64,000 nt of DNA from Eubacteriales bacterium (GCA_045660295.1 JAZRDN010000040.1:34393-98392); one strand, 5' to 3'. Positions 37,968 to 47,420 are shown, numbered from the stretch's first letter. Numbers and translations: made by a program. The notes: generated by a model not told the origin, from the sequence alone.

Positions 37968-38831
37968 ATGAAAGAAAGCGTTTTGAAAAAAATAGAGCTT
38001 GGCTACGAGGGCTTTTCAAAGGGGCAGAAGGCGATAGCTAACTATATAACCGAGCACTACGAGAGGGCGGCTTATATGACCGCGGCAAAGCTGGGACAGC
38101 TTGCCGACGTGTCGGAGTCTACCGTGGTGCGCTTTGCCTGTGAGTTGGGCTTCGGCGGATATCCCGAATTTCAAAAGGCTTTGCGCGAGTTGGTTCGTAC
38201 CAATCTTACGTCCTTTCAGCGCGTTGAGGTCTCGGATTCCATAATCGGAGACAAGGATATCCTTACGCAGGTCATTCTTGCCGATGCGGAAAAGCTCCGT
38301 CATACTCTTGACACAATTGACCGCAAGGCATTTGAGGACGCTGTTGACCGCATTATAAGCGCCAAGCGTATATACATTCTCGGTGTCCGCTCCTCGGCGA
38401 CTCTGGCGGGATTTTTGTACTATAATCTCCAGATGGCGTTTGATAATCTTACGCTTGTTCAGACAACGTCGGGCAGTGAAATGCTTGAACAGATAATGCG
38501 TATCGACAAAGACGACGTTATGATAGCCATCAGCTTTCCGCGTTACTCGAAGCGAATTATCAAGGCGGTTGAGTTCGCAAAGCGTCAGGGCGCAAACGTA
38601 GTTGCCCTTACCGATAGCGACGCCTCACCCATAGCGCAGGGCGCTGACCAGCTCCTTACCGCAAGCAGTGATATGGCTTCATTCGTTGACTCGCTGGTCG
38701 CTCCTATGAGCATAATAAACGCCATAGCCGTTTCGGTAGCAAAGAAAAAGAAAGAGGAACTGACTGTTCGTCTCAAGACGCTTGAAGAAATATGGGACGA
38801 ATACGACGTTTATGATAAGAACCATGAGTGA
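37968..38831 (+). CDS. MurR/RpiR-family transcriptional regulator (HTH_6 + SIS)
   Basis: ATG 37968, 287 aa. N-terminal HTH (SKGQKAIANYI...AAKLGQLADVSESTVVRFA) and a SIS domain (IYILGVRSSATLA). Confidence 0.85.
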   Translation: MKESVLKKIELGYEGFSKGQKAIANYITEHYERAAYMTAAKLGQLADVSESTVVRFACELGFGGYPEFQKALRELVRTNLTSFQRVEVSDSIIGDKDILTQVILADAEKLRHTLDTIDRKAFEDAVDRIISAKRIYILGVRSSATLAGFLYYNLQMAFDNLTLVQTTSGSEMLEQIMRIDKDDVMIAISFPRYSKRIIKAVEFAKRQGANVVALTDSDASPIAQGADQLLTASSDMASFVDSLVAPMSIINAIAVSVAKKKKEELTVRLKTLEEIWDEYDVYDKNHE

Positions 38832-40071
38832 TAACCGCAAAGTAATAGTAATAGGCGGCGGCGCGGCGGGAATGATGGCGGCGATAAGCGCCGCAAGATA
38901 CGGCGCTGAGGTCAGCCTTTTTGAGAAAAACGACCGTCTTGGCAAAAAGCTCCGTATTACGGGCAAGGGAAGATGCAATCTTACCAATGATTGCGATATC
39001 GGCGAGTTTATGAAAAACGTGCCCACAAATCCTCGCTTTCTCTACGGCGCGCTTAACAGGTTTTCCACCGAGGATACCAAGAGCTTTTTTGAGGAGCTTG
39101 GCGTTCCTCTTAAGACCGAGCGCGGAAAAAGGGTTTTTCCCGTGTCGGATAAGGCGCAGGATATAGTTGACGCGCTGGCGCGCGGCTGCCGTGACAGCGG
39201 CGTTAAAGTAATATATGAAAAGGTAAAGGCTCTTTCGGTTTCCGAAGGCTCTGTGGTCGGCGTGAAAACAGAAAAGGGCGAATATGAGGCTGATGCTGTT
39301 ATAGTCGCCACCGGGGGAATGTCCTATAAGCAGACGGGCTCCGACGGCGACGGCTACCGCTTTGCCAAGCAAATGGGATTAAAGATCACCGACCTCGTCC
39401 CGTCGCTTGTGCCGATAGTTTCCTCAAGTAAGGTCTGCTCCAGAATGCAGGGGCTTTCGCTCAGAAACGTGGCGCTCAGAATAGTAAATAAAACCAACGG
39501 CAAAAAGGTCTATGAGGATTTCGGCGAGATGATGTTTACCCATTTCGGAGTAACAGGTCCGCTTATACTCTCTGCTTCGGCGCATATTCCCGATATAAAC
39601 AGCGTTTCTTATGAGGCGCAGATAGACCTTAAGCCCGCCCTTGATATGAAGACACTTGACAACAGACTTCTTGGTGACTTTTCAAAATTTGCCAACCGAG
39701 ATTTCGCCAACTCCCTTGGTGAGCTTTTACCGCAGAAGATGATAGACGTGGTTGTCGGGCTGTCGGGTATACCGCCGCACAAAAAGGTAAATTCCATAAC
39801 CCGAGAGGAAAGACAGCGCCTTGCCGAGCTTATAAAATGCTTCCGCATATCGCTTGACGGCTTTCGCCCCATAAACGAGGCGATAATAACCAAGGGCGGC
39901 GTAGATGTAAAGCAGATAGTTCCGGGTACAATGCAGGCGAAGGGAATAAGCGGTCTGTATTTTGCGGGCGAGGTGCTGGACGTTGACGCGTATACCGGCG
40001 GATTTAATTTGCAGATCGCCTTTTCCACAGCCGTGGTCGCGGGTGAAAGCGCGGCAATGGGCGAGTGGTGA
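38824..40071 (+). CDS. HI0933/BaiN-family NAD(P)/FAD-dependent oxidoreductase
   Basis: The ATG overlaps the upstream stop (ATGAGTGA). It has VIVIGGGAAGMMAA, LRITGKGRCNLTN, and the C-terminal GGFNLQ motif. Confidence 0.85.
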   Translation: MSDNRKVIVIGGGAAGMMAAISAARYGAEVSLFEKNDRLGKKLRITGKGRCNLTNDCDIGEFMKNVPTNPRFLYGALNRFSTEDTKSFFEELGVPLKTERGKRVFPVSDKAQDIVDALARGCRDSGVKVIYEKVKALSVSEGSVVGVKTEKGEYEADAVIVATGGMSYKQTGSDGDGYRFAKQMGLKITDLVPSLVPIVSSSKVCSRMQGLSLRNVALRIVNKTNGKKVYEDFGEMMFTHFGVTGPLILSASAHIPDINSVSYEAQIDLKPALDMKTLDNRLLGDFSKFANRDFANSLGELLPQKMIDVVVGLSGIPPHKKVNSITREERQRLAELIKCFRISLDGFRPINEAIITKGGVDVKQIVPGTMQAKGISGLYFAGEVLDVDAYTGGFNLQIAFSTAVVAGESAAMGEW

Positions 40072-40105
40072 TAATACACATCATATATATTAAAGGAGAA
40101 ACAGT

Positions 40106-40774
40106 ATGTTCAAAATAGCTATCGACGGACCCAGCGGCGCTGGTAAAAGCAGTGTTGCCAAGGCACTTTCAAAGAAAATTGGTATAGTATACGTAGATAC
40201 GGGCGCGCTTTACCGCACGGTGGGATATTATATTCGCTCTGTGGGCGCTGACCCCAAGTCGGCAGAGCAGGTGACGCCTCACCTTAAAGACATAAATATT
40301 GAGCTTAAATATGAGAATGGTACACAGTACGTATATCTCAACGGCGAGAATCTCGGAGATAAGATTCGCGAGCCCGAAATATCCATGTATGCGTCGGCAG
40401 TATCAGCTATCCCCGCGGTAAGAGCCTTTTTGCTCGAGACCCAGAAATCGGTGGCGAGAGCCAATAACGTGGTTATGGACGGCAGAGATATAGGAACTGT
40501 TATTCTTCCCGACGCGGAGGTTAAGATATTCCTTACCGCGTCTGCCGAGTGCCGCGCTAAGCGCCGCGTGCTTGAGCTTAAGGAAAAGGGAATGGAGGCG
40601 AAGTACGAGGACGTGCTTGCCGAAATGATCGAACGTGATAACAACGATAAAAACCGTGACGTCGCTCCCGCCGTTCCCGCGGATGACGCCGTAATACTCG
40701 ATAATTCCGACCTTACCATGGAGCAAACTCTTGATAAAATCATAGAGATAGCAAAGCAGAGGGTGGATATATGA
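40106..40774 (+). CDS. cmk: Cytidylate kinase
   Basis: 222 aa with IAIDGPSGAGKSS, VDTGALYR and MDGRDIGT. Confidence 0.93.
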   Translation: MFKIAIDGPSGAGKSSVAKALSKKIGIVYVDTGALYRTVGYYIRSVGADPKSAEQVTPHLKDINIELKYENGTQYVYLNGENLGDKIREPEISMYASAVSAIPAVRAFLLETQKSVARANNVVMDGRDIGTVILPDAEVKIFLTASAECRAKRRVLELKEKGMEAKYEDVLAEMIERDNNDKNRDVAPAVPADDAVILDNSDLTMEQTLDKIIEIAKQRVDI

Positions 40775-41382
40775 CGAAAACATATAAGTTTATCCACACC
40801 ACTTTCATGGGGATAGTCAGCCTTATTTACCGACTTAAGGTCATAGGCTCGGAGAATGAGCCGAGCGAGGGCGCTTTGTTGGTTTGCTCAAATCATATTT
40901 CGGCGGCTGACCCCGTACTTATCAGCGCCGCCACAAAAAATCAGATATGCTATATGGCGAAAAAAGAGCTTTTTAAAATTCCGATATTTTCAACATTTTT
41001 AAGAAATCTCGGAGTCTTTCCCGTGGATAGAGGCGGTAAGGACGTAAGCGCTGTGAAAAAAGCTATCAAGCTGCTTGAAGACGGAAGCCGTGTTGGAATT
41101 TTTCCTCAGGGCACACGCCGTCCGGGCAAGAACCCAAGAGATACCGAGCTTAAAAACGGCGCGGCAATGATCGCCGTGCGCGCCAATGCCGACGTGCTTC
41201 CGGTGTACATTCATAGGAAGGATAATACTCCGAAGCTGTTCAGAAAAACTACCGTTATTATAGGTAAGCCCATAAAATTCGCCGACCTTGGATATGATCC
41301 CGATAAAACCGGCGAATATAACCGAATAGTCAATGTCATTTTTGATGAGGTTTGTAAGCTGGGCGAGGGACTTGAAAAATGA
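40771..41382 (+). CDS. plsC: 1-acyl-sn-glycerol-3-phosphate acyltransferase
   Basis: 203 aa with the HX4D motif (NHISAADP) and FPQGTR. It overlaps cmk by 4 nt. Confidence 0.85.
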   Translation: MTKTYKFIHTTFMGIVSLIYRLKVIGSENEPSEGALLVCSNHISAADPVLISAATKNQICYMAKKELFKIPIFSTFLRNLGVFPVDRGGKDVSAVKKAIKLLEDGSRVGIFPQGTRRPGKNPRDTELKNGAAMIAVRANADVLPVYIHRKDNTPKLFRKTTVIIGKPIKFADLGYDPDKTGEYNRIVNVIFDEVCKLGEGLEK

Positions 41383-43421
41383 GCAGAGTCACAGTAGCCG
41401 AAAATGCGGGCTTTTGCTTTGGCGTTAAGCGTGCCGCCGACAGAATAGAGGAAGCGTTGCGCTTCGATACGGAGGACCGTATATTTACCCTCGGACATCT
41501 TATTCATAATCCTACCTATAATCAAAGGCTGAGAAAAAACGGCGTTTCTGCGATTGAGGTGGAAGAAATCGAGGCGCTTGCTAAAAGCGCAACACGCGAA
41601 AAAAGAGTAAAGCTTTTTCTGCGCGCCCACGGAGTTCCGCTTAACGTCGAGAAAGCGCTTGAAAAGCTGTCTGCCGAAAATAGGTTCTTCACATACGAGG
41701 ACTGTACCTGTCCTTACGTGAAAAAAATTCATAAGATAGCCGCTGAATATTCCGCGGAGGAAAATATTTTCATTCTCATGGGCTGCGAAAGCCACCCCGA
41801 GGTCGTGGGGATCATGAGCTATTTCGTGGGAGAAAAGTATGTTTTTGACTCTCTCACGAGCTTTGAACAAGCGGTAAAAAATGGTGTGTTGGTCAATTTG
41901 CACAAAAAAACACCGATTTTAGCCGCTCAAACGACCTTTAATTTGTCGGAGTGGGAAAAAACTCAAAAATTTCTCAAAAACCTATGTACAAATCCGATAA
42001 TTTTTGATACAATATGTAGTGTTACGGAAAAAAGACAGCTTGAGGCTGCCGCGCTTTCCGAAAAGTGTGATATGATGATCGTAATAGGCGGTAAAGAAAG
42101 CTCTAATACCGCTAAGCTTGCGGATATATGCAAGGAGAATTGTAAAAACACCTTTTGGATAGAGAATGCGGCGGAGCTTGCCGGCTTTTTGCCGAACCAC
42201 CACGAAAACGTGGGAATTGTCGCGGGGGCTTCAACTCCAAGCGACATAATAGAGGAGGTAAACAAAAAAATGAGCGAACAAGAAAATTTTGCGCAAATGC
42301 TCGAAGAATCTTTCAAAACTTTAAATACAGGAGACACCGTTACCGGAATAGTAACCAAAGTTACAGATACCGATCTGCAGCTTGACCTTGGCGCCAAGGT
42401 TACCGGCGTTATCAAGGCTGAGAAGATAACAGACGATTCTTCTGTAAAACTTTCGGAGATGTTCAAGATCGGTGACGAAGTTGAAGCTTTCGTTATCCGT
42501 GTAAGCGACATCGAAGGCGTTGCTGAGCTTGACAAGAAGCGTGTTGACTCTGACAAGAACTGGGTCAAGATCGTTGAGGCTTGCAACACAGGCGACATTC
42601 TTGAGGGTAAGGTAACAAAGGCAGTCAAGGGCGGTGTTGTAACTGTTGTTGATTCTGTTGAGATCTTTGTTCCCGCATCTCAGACAGGCGTTCCGAGAGA
42701 TGGCGATCTTAACTCCATCGTTGGAACAAACGTAAAGCTTAAGGTTATCGAGATCAAGGATTACCACAAGAGAGCAGTAGGCTCTATCAGCGTAGTTCTC
42801 CGCGAGGAGCGTAAGGCTCGCGAGGCAGAGTTCTGGGCAAATATTGAGGAAGGCAAGCAGTTTACAGGTAAGGTTAAGAGCATGACCAGCTACGGCGCGT
42901 TCGTTGACCTTGGCGGCGTAGACGGAATGGTACACGCATCCGAGCTTTCCTGGAAGCACATCAAGAGCCCCGCAGAGGTAGTTGCTATCGGCGATGAAAT
43001 TACAGTATTTGTAAAGAGCTTTGATGCCGAGAAGAAGAGAATCTCTCTTGGATATAAGACAGAGGATACAAACCCCTGGTTCATCTTCAAGAATACATAC
43101 AACGTAGACGACGTTGCATCCGTAAAGATCGTAAACATGATGCCCTTCGGCGCATTTGCTGAGATCGTTGACGGCGTAGACGGACTTATTCACATTTCTC
43201 AGATCGCACAGACCAGAATTGCTAAGCCCGCTGACGTTCTTGAGATCGGTCAGGTAGTTGACGCTAAGATCATCGAGATCGACGACGAGAAGAAGAAGGT
43301 AAGCCTTTCTATAAGAGCACTTCTTGATGAGACTCAGGAAGCTGAGGAAGCTATGCCCGAGGATGAGGCAGCTGCAGAGGAAGCAGCAGATGAAGCTGCA
43401 ACCGAGGAAGCGGCAGAGTAA
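41379..43421 (+). CDS. ispH: Bifunctional 4-hydroxy-3-methylbut-2-enyl diphosphate reductase (IspH) / ribosomal protein S1-like protein
   Basis: 680 aa. The N-terminal ~285 aa is IspH/LytB-like (AENAGFCFGVKRA). It is followed by four S1 RNA-binding repeats (GD.V.G.V...). and an acidic tail. Confidence 0.9.
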   Translation: MSRVTVAENAGFCFGVKRAADRIEEALRFDTEDRIFTLGHLIHNPTYNQRLRKNGVSAIEVEEIEALAKSATREKRVKLFLRAHGVPLNVEKALEKLSAENRFFTYEDCTCPYVKKIHKIAAEYSAEENIFILMGCESHPEVVGIMSYFVGEKYVFDSLTSFEQAVKNGVLVNLHKKTPILAAQTTFNLSEWEKTQKFLKNLCTNPIIFDTICSVTEKRQLEAAALSEKCDMMIVIGGKESSNTAKLADICKENCKNTFWIENAAELAGFLPNHHENVGIVAGASTPSDIIEEVNKKMSEQENFAQMLEESFKTLNTGDTVTGIVTKVTDTDLQLDLGAKVTGVIKAEKITDDSSVKLSEMFKIGDEVEAFVIRVSDIEGVAELDKKRVDSDKNWVKIVEACNTGDILEGKVTKAVKGGVVTVVDSVEIFVPASQTGVPRDGDLNSIVGTNVKLKVIEIKDYHKRAVGSISVVLREERKAREAEFWANIEEGKQFTGKVKSMTSYGAFVDLGGVDGMVHASELSWKHIKSPAEVVAIGDEITVFVKSFDAEKKRISLGYKTEDTNPWFIFKNTYNVDDVASVKIVNMMPFGAFAEIVDGVDGLIHISQIAQTRIAKPADVLEIGQVVDAKIIEIDDEKKKVSLSIRALLDETQEAEEAMPEDEAAAEEAADEAATEEAAE

Positions 43422-43479
43422 TTGTTAAAAAATCGGGGTTGGCGCATTGCGGCAACCCCTTGCTCTTTGGGAGAGTTTT

Positions 43480-44028
43480 ATGTTTGAAGAAATCAAAAAA
43501 AACGCTAAGACCGCGGTGAATGAATTAATTGAGATCGCGGGGCTTAAAGAGGGCGACCTGCTCGTTATCGGTTGCTCGTCGTCCGAGATAGTCGGCGGAA
43601 AAATAGGGAAGAACTCAAGCCTTGAGGCGGCGGAATCCGTGTTTGAGGCTATATATCCTGTCCTTAATGAAAAGGGGATATATCTCGCAGCCCAGTGTTG
43701 TGAGCACCTTAACCGCGCTGTTATCATCGAAAAGGAATGCGCCGAGAGACGGGGCTATGAGCCTGTGACGGTTATTCCTCAGCCTAAGGCGGGCGGCTCG
43801 TTTGCCACCACGGCGTATAAAAATTTCAAATCGCCTGTGGCGGTTGAAGAAATACGCGCCGACGCGGGAATAGATATCGGCGGCACGCTTATCGGTATGC
43901 ACCTCAAGAGAGTAGCCGTGCCCGTAAGGCTTTCGGTGAAAACTATCGGAGAGGCAGACATAATATGCGCCAGAACACGTCCGAAATTTATCGGCGGTGC
44001 TCGCGCGGTCTACCCCGAAAATACATGA
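43480..44028 (+). CDS. TIGR01440/DUF436-family protein
   Basis: ATG 43480 follows GGGAGAG, 182 aa. GDLLVIGCSSSEIVGGKIG...AAQCCEHLNRA is typical of the family. Confidence 0.75.
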   Translation: MFEEIKKNAKTAVNELIEIAGLKEGDLLVIGCSSSEIVGGKIGKNSSLEAAESVFEAIYPVLNEKGIYLAAQCCEHLNRAVIIEKECAERRGYEPVTVIPQPKAGGSFATTAYKNFKSPVAVEEIRADAGIDIGGTLIGMHLKRVAVPVRLSVKTIGEADIICARTRPKFIGGARAVYPENT

Positions 44029-44035
44029 TCTTCAA

Positions 44036-44080
44036 ATATTGCGAGGCAGGATAATCATTCCCGCCCCGCAATATTTTTTT
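44036..44080 (+). terminator. Rho-independent terminator (imperfect long stem)
   Basis: ATATTGCGAGG...CCCCGCAATAT followed by T7. Confidence 0.6.
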
Positions 44081-44126
44081 ATTGAAATTCAAATGCGATA
44101 ATGTGTAAAAAATGTTGAAAAGCCTA

Positions 44127-44155
44127 TTGACTTTTTGCAGTGAAAGTGCTATCAT
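44127..44155 (+). promoter_or_regulatory. Sigma-A type promoter for the antiporter gene
   Basis: TTGACT (44127-44132), a 17-nt spacer, and TATCAT (44150-44155) with an extended -10 TG. Confidence 0.45.
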
Positions 44156-44235
44156 ATAACTGTTTGCGCGGACGGCAGTCCGCTAAAATAATTTTATTAT
44201 ATATCAGTCGAGTTTTACGACTTGAAAGGAATTTT

Positions 44236-45537
44236 ATGGATATCTTACTCAGTATCGCTATCGCGCTTTTTGCAGGACTTCTGATGACTCGAGTCATTAA
44301 GCCCTTTGGACTTCCCGCAGTTACGGGCTACCTCATCGCAGGTGTTCTTATCGGTCCTTTTTGCCTCGGAATGCTCGGAAATGCCTTGGGAATCGCGGGG
44401 CTTGGCTTCGGCTCGCTTGAATACGTTGAGCACTTCGGTGTTATTTCCGACGTGGCTCTCGGCTTTATCGCTTTCTCTATCGGAAACGAGTTCAGAATTT
44501 CCCAGCTCAAACAGATCGGTAAGCAGGCAGCTGTAATTGCCGTTTTTCAGGCTTTAGTCGCTACCGTACTTGTCGATATCGCGCTTGTTGCGCTCAGTCT
44601 TGTTCTCGGTCAGGACAAGCTTCCCATAAGTGTGGCTATCACACTCGGCGCTGTCGCAACCGCAACCGCGCCCGCGGCAACTCTCATGGTTGTTCGCCAG
44701 TATAAGGCTAAGGGTAAGCTTACCGATATCCTTCTTCCCATCGTCGCTCTTGACGACGCGGTAGGACTTATAGTTTTCGCGGTTTCCTTCGGTATCGCCA
44801 AGGGAATGATAAGCGGAAGTATTGATTTCTATTCCATAGTTCTTAATCCTATTATCGAGATAGTAGGTTCGCTCGTTCTCGGCGCGATCATGGGATTCCT
44901 GCTTTCGCAGGCCGAAAAGTATTTCCACTCGCGCAGTAAGCGTCTTTCGGTTTCTGTTACCGCTGTCATTCTTACCGTGGCGATTACTATGCTTAAGTTT
45001 AATGTCGGACACATACATGTCGGTTTCTCCTCGCTCCTTACCTGTATGATGCTTGGAACGGTATTCTGCAACTTCTGCGAATCCTCCGAGGAGCTTATGG
45101 ACCGTGTGGACAGATGGACAACACCTCTGTTTATCCTTTTCTTCGTTATCAGCGGTGCGGAGCTTGAGCTTAACGTGTTCCTTGACGTTGCTATCGTCGG
45201 TATCGGTCTTGTGTACATTATCTTCCGTTCGATTGGTAAATACTTCGGCTCGTATGCCAGTGCGAAAGCCGTCAAGTGCGATGATAATATCGTTAAATAT
45301 CTCGGTATCACACTCCTTCCTCAGGCGGGCGTTGCACTCGGTATGTCTGTTACCGCTCAGCAGCTCGGCGCGTACGAAGGAAGCCTTGTGAGAAATATTA
45401 TTCTGTTCTCTGTTCTTATCTACGAGCTTGTAGGTCCCATGCTTACCAAGTGGGCTCTTACAAAGGCAGGCGAGATCATTCCCGAACACAGAAAATCCGC
45501 TAAGGTCATCAATCCCGACAGACGAGAAGAAAAATAA
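44236..45537 (+). CDS. Cation:proton antiporter (CPA2/Kef-type Na_H exchanger family)
   Basis: ATG 44236 follows GAAAGGA, 433 aa. About 12 TM segments, with an N-terminus MDILLSIAIALFAGLLMTRV..P.VTGYLIAGVLIGP typical of the family. Confidence 0.85.
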   Translation: MDILLSIAIALFAGLLMTRVIKPFGLPAVTGYLIAGVLIGPFCLGMLGNALGIAGLGFGSLEYVEHFGVISDVALGFIAFSIGNEFRISQLKQIGKQAAVIAVFQALVATVLVDIALVALSLVLGQDKLPISVAITLGAVATATAPAATLMVVRQYKAKGKLTDILLPIVALDDAVGLIVFAVSFGIAKGMISGSIDFYSIVLNPIIEIVGSLVLGAIMGFLLSQAEKYFHSRSKRLSVSVTAVILTVAITMLKFNVGHIHVGFSSLLTCMMLGTVFCNFCESSEELMDRVDRWTTPLFILFFVISGAELELNVFLDVAIVGIGLVYIIFRSIGKYFGSYASAKAVKCDDNIVKYLGITLLPQAGVALGMSVTAQQLGAYEGSLVRNIILFSVLIYELVGPMLTKWALTKAGEIIPEHRKSAKVINPDRREEK

Positions 45538-45579
45538 TTTTTTGCTTCAGGGAAACGGAGGGTACCGAGCCTATCGTAA

Positions 45580-46109
45580 TGCTTAAGCATTTCTCTGACC
45601 CCCGAGCTTGACGGAAGCTACATGTATATTTATGAGAGTAACTACTGCGTTTGGGATAAAACCAACACGATCACGAGCAAAAAGTTTGTGGCTTCTCTTG
45701 ACGTTATGTTTGAGAGCTATCCCAAGGAAATGTTGCATCTTTTTTCAGTGTCGTATCGCAATACCGTGGCAAGGAAAACTATAACAGCGGAATCGTTAGG
45801 GTTGGCGCTGACGGAACGCTTTACGTAAACGGAAGCAATACACCTCTTTCTGCTAAGCTGAAAGATAAAGGTTATAATAACATCACAATAATCTATGACC
45901 CCATATCGGGACTTGCCGACGTTTACGTTAACGAAAAGCTTGAAAGAGCGGGGGTTAAATATGTGGTGGCACCGTCAGATATAGGAATGTCTTATATAAG
46001 ATATTTTGACCGTAGGGCGGGTTTTGCCGCACGTGTTGATAATATAAAGCTGTACGTTGCCGATACTCCCGAATTTATAGTACCCAATGGAATCACGTTT
46101 CCTAATTAA
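45580..46109 (+). pseudogene. 5'-truncated, frameshifted relic of a LamG-like lipoprotein paralogue
   Basis: There is no signal peptide and no credible RBS. Frame 1 (to the stop at 45826-45828) reads ...KKFVASLDVMFESYPKEMLHLFSVSY. A second frame (stop at 46107-46109) reads ...GIVRVGADGTLYVNGSNTPLSAKLKDKGYNNITIIYDPISGLADVYVNEKL...VDNIKLYV. Both align with the C-terminal domains of the two downstream lipoproteins. Confidence 0.6.
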
Positions 46110-46117
46110 ATCAATTT

Positions 46118-46143
46118 AAGCCCCGTAATGGGGCTTTTTTTAT
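46118..46143 (+). terminator. Rho-independent terminator
   Basis: AAGCCCC-gtaat-GGGGCTT followed by T7. Confidence 0.75.
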
Positions 46144-46202
46144 TGTCAGGTTTTACAATAAGAATTGGAGCAATTTGTGATATTTTAACAAAAAAACTTG
46201 TT

Positions 46203-46227
46203 GTGAAAATCAAATTTTGATTTTCAC
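46203..46227. promoter_or_regulatory. Operator-like perfect inverted repeat abutting the -35 box
   Basis: GTGAAAATCAAA-t-TTTGATTTTCAC has 12-bp perfect arms and a 1-nt centre. It ends 1 nt before TTGACA. Confidence 0.45.
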
Positions 46228-46256
46228 TTGACAAATAGAGTTGTTTGTAATATAAA
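46228..46256 (+). promoter_or_regulatory. Sigma-A type promoter for lipoprotein A
   Basis: TTGACA (46228-46233), a 17-nt spacer, and TATAAA (46251-46256). Confidence 0.5.
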
Positions 46257-46289
46257 TGTTTTATCAATTGTTTAAGGAGAGAATCTACT

Positions 46290-47420
46290 ATGAAAAAAAT
46301 TTTGATTGCACTCATGGTTCTCGTTGTCGCGCTTGCGTTAGTTGCATGCGGCGGAACCCCCGACGTTAGCGTTAGCGGAGATGACCAGACCACCCCCCCC
46401 GAAGAACACGTTCACGCTTATGAAGAAGAACTCATTCCCGCTACGTGTACCGCCACAGGTAAGGTAATTACCAAGTGCGCTTGCGGCGACGTTCAGAGTG
46501 AAACTGAGCTTCCCGTTGCTGACCACGTACAGTCCGTAGTTGTCTGTGATCAGGATACAGTATGTACCGTTTGCGGTGCTGTTCTTGCTGAAAAGACAGG
46601 TCACAACATCGCGTCTGCTGAGGTCGTTACAGAGGCTACTTGCTCTGTACCCGGTAAGGAAAAGGGCGCTTGCACTACTTGCGGTAATATCGTAGAGAGC
46701 GAAATTCCCGCTTCCGGACATAAGGCGAATAAGAATTCTGTTTGGACACTCGTTCAAGGCGGATATAGCACGACATGCGTTTCCTGTAACCAGACTGCTT
46801 CCTTTAAGGAAGACACTCCTGTTCTTTCTCTTACCTTCGAAGAGGCTTATGATGACGAAATCGCAAAGTATCCTTTGTTCAAGAAAGCGGGTAAATTTAC
46901 TATCGTGGACGATACGGACGGCGATAAGGCGGGTGCCGTTGACACTGCATGGCTGGACGTTGTTGATAACGCCGCTATGCACGCGCTCGGTTCTTACGTT
47001 GTAACCTTTGATATGGTGCTTACAAAGGATTTGGCTGCCGGAAAAGATTTTCCCATTTTCTCGATTCTTACATACTTTGCAGAGGGTAAGTCCCATGTTG
47101 GTGGAACTACGGGGTGGGGTTACGCACTTAGGTTTAATGAGGATGCTGATAAGATCTCCACGATTTCTGCGGGAACAGATCTCTCTAAGCACACAGACAA
47201 AAACAGCATTGCTGTTGAGAAAAACGCAAAGTATACAGTACAGCTTATATTCTCCGAGGGATCCGCTAATTTTGATGTGTTCGTAAACGGTAAGTATCTT
47301 GGCAAATCCGGCGCGAAGGTTACTAATTTCTACGACGGCACTCTTACCTCATTAAGATTTGGCGATGTCGCTAAAGAAAGTTTGGTATTTGATAACATAA
47401 AGATTTGCGGTATTAAGTAA
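46290..47420 (+). CDS. Cys-rich surface lipoprotein with LamG/concanavalin-like C-terminal domain (paralogue A)
   Basis: 376 aa with an AAGGAGAG RBS and lipobox MKKILIALMVLVVALALVAC. Three four-Cys modules are present (e.g. IPATCTATGKVITKCACG, VCDQDTVCTVCG, ATCSVPGKEKGACTTCG...PASGH). The C-terminal ~210 aa ends ...FDVFVNGKYLGK...LVFDNIKICG. Confidence 0.8.
   Translation: MKKILIALMVLVVALALVACGGTPDVSVSGDDQTTPPEEHVHAYEEELIPATCTATGKVITKCACGDVQSETELPVADHVQSVVVCDQDTVCTVCGAVLAEKTGHNIASAEVVTEATCSVPGKEKGACTTCGNIVESEIPASGHKANKNSVWTLVQGGYSTTCVSCNQTASFKEDTPVLSLTFEEAYDDEIAKYPLFKKAGKFTIVDDTDGDKAGAVDTAWLDVVDNAAMHALGSYVVTFDMVLTKDLAAGKDFPIFSILTYFAEGKSHVGGTTGWGYALRFNEDADKISTISAGTDLSKHTDKNSIAVEKNAKYTVQLIFSEGSANFDVFVNGKYLGKSGAKVTNFYDGTLTSLRFGDVAKESLVFDNIKICGIK

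Noticed and set aside
45578-45591. 14-bp perfect palindrome AATGCTTAAGCATT just after the antiporter gene
   Set aside because: It is short, AT-rich, isolated, has no T-run and no repeat elsewhere. The evidence is insufficient for a site or a terminator.
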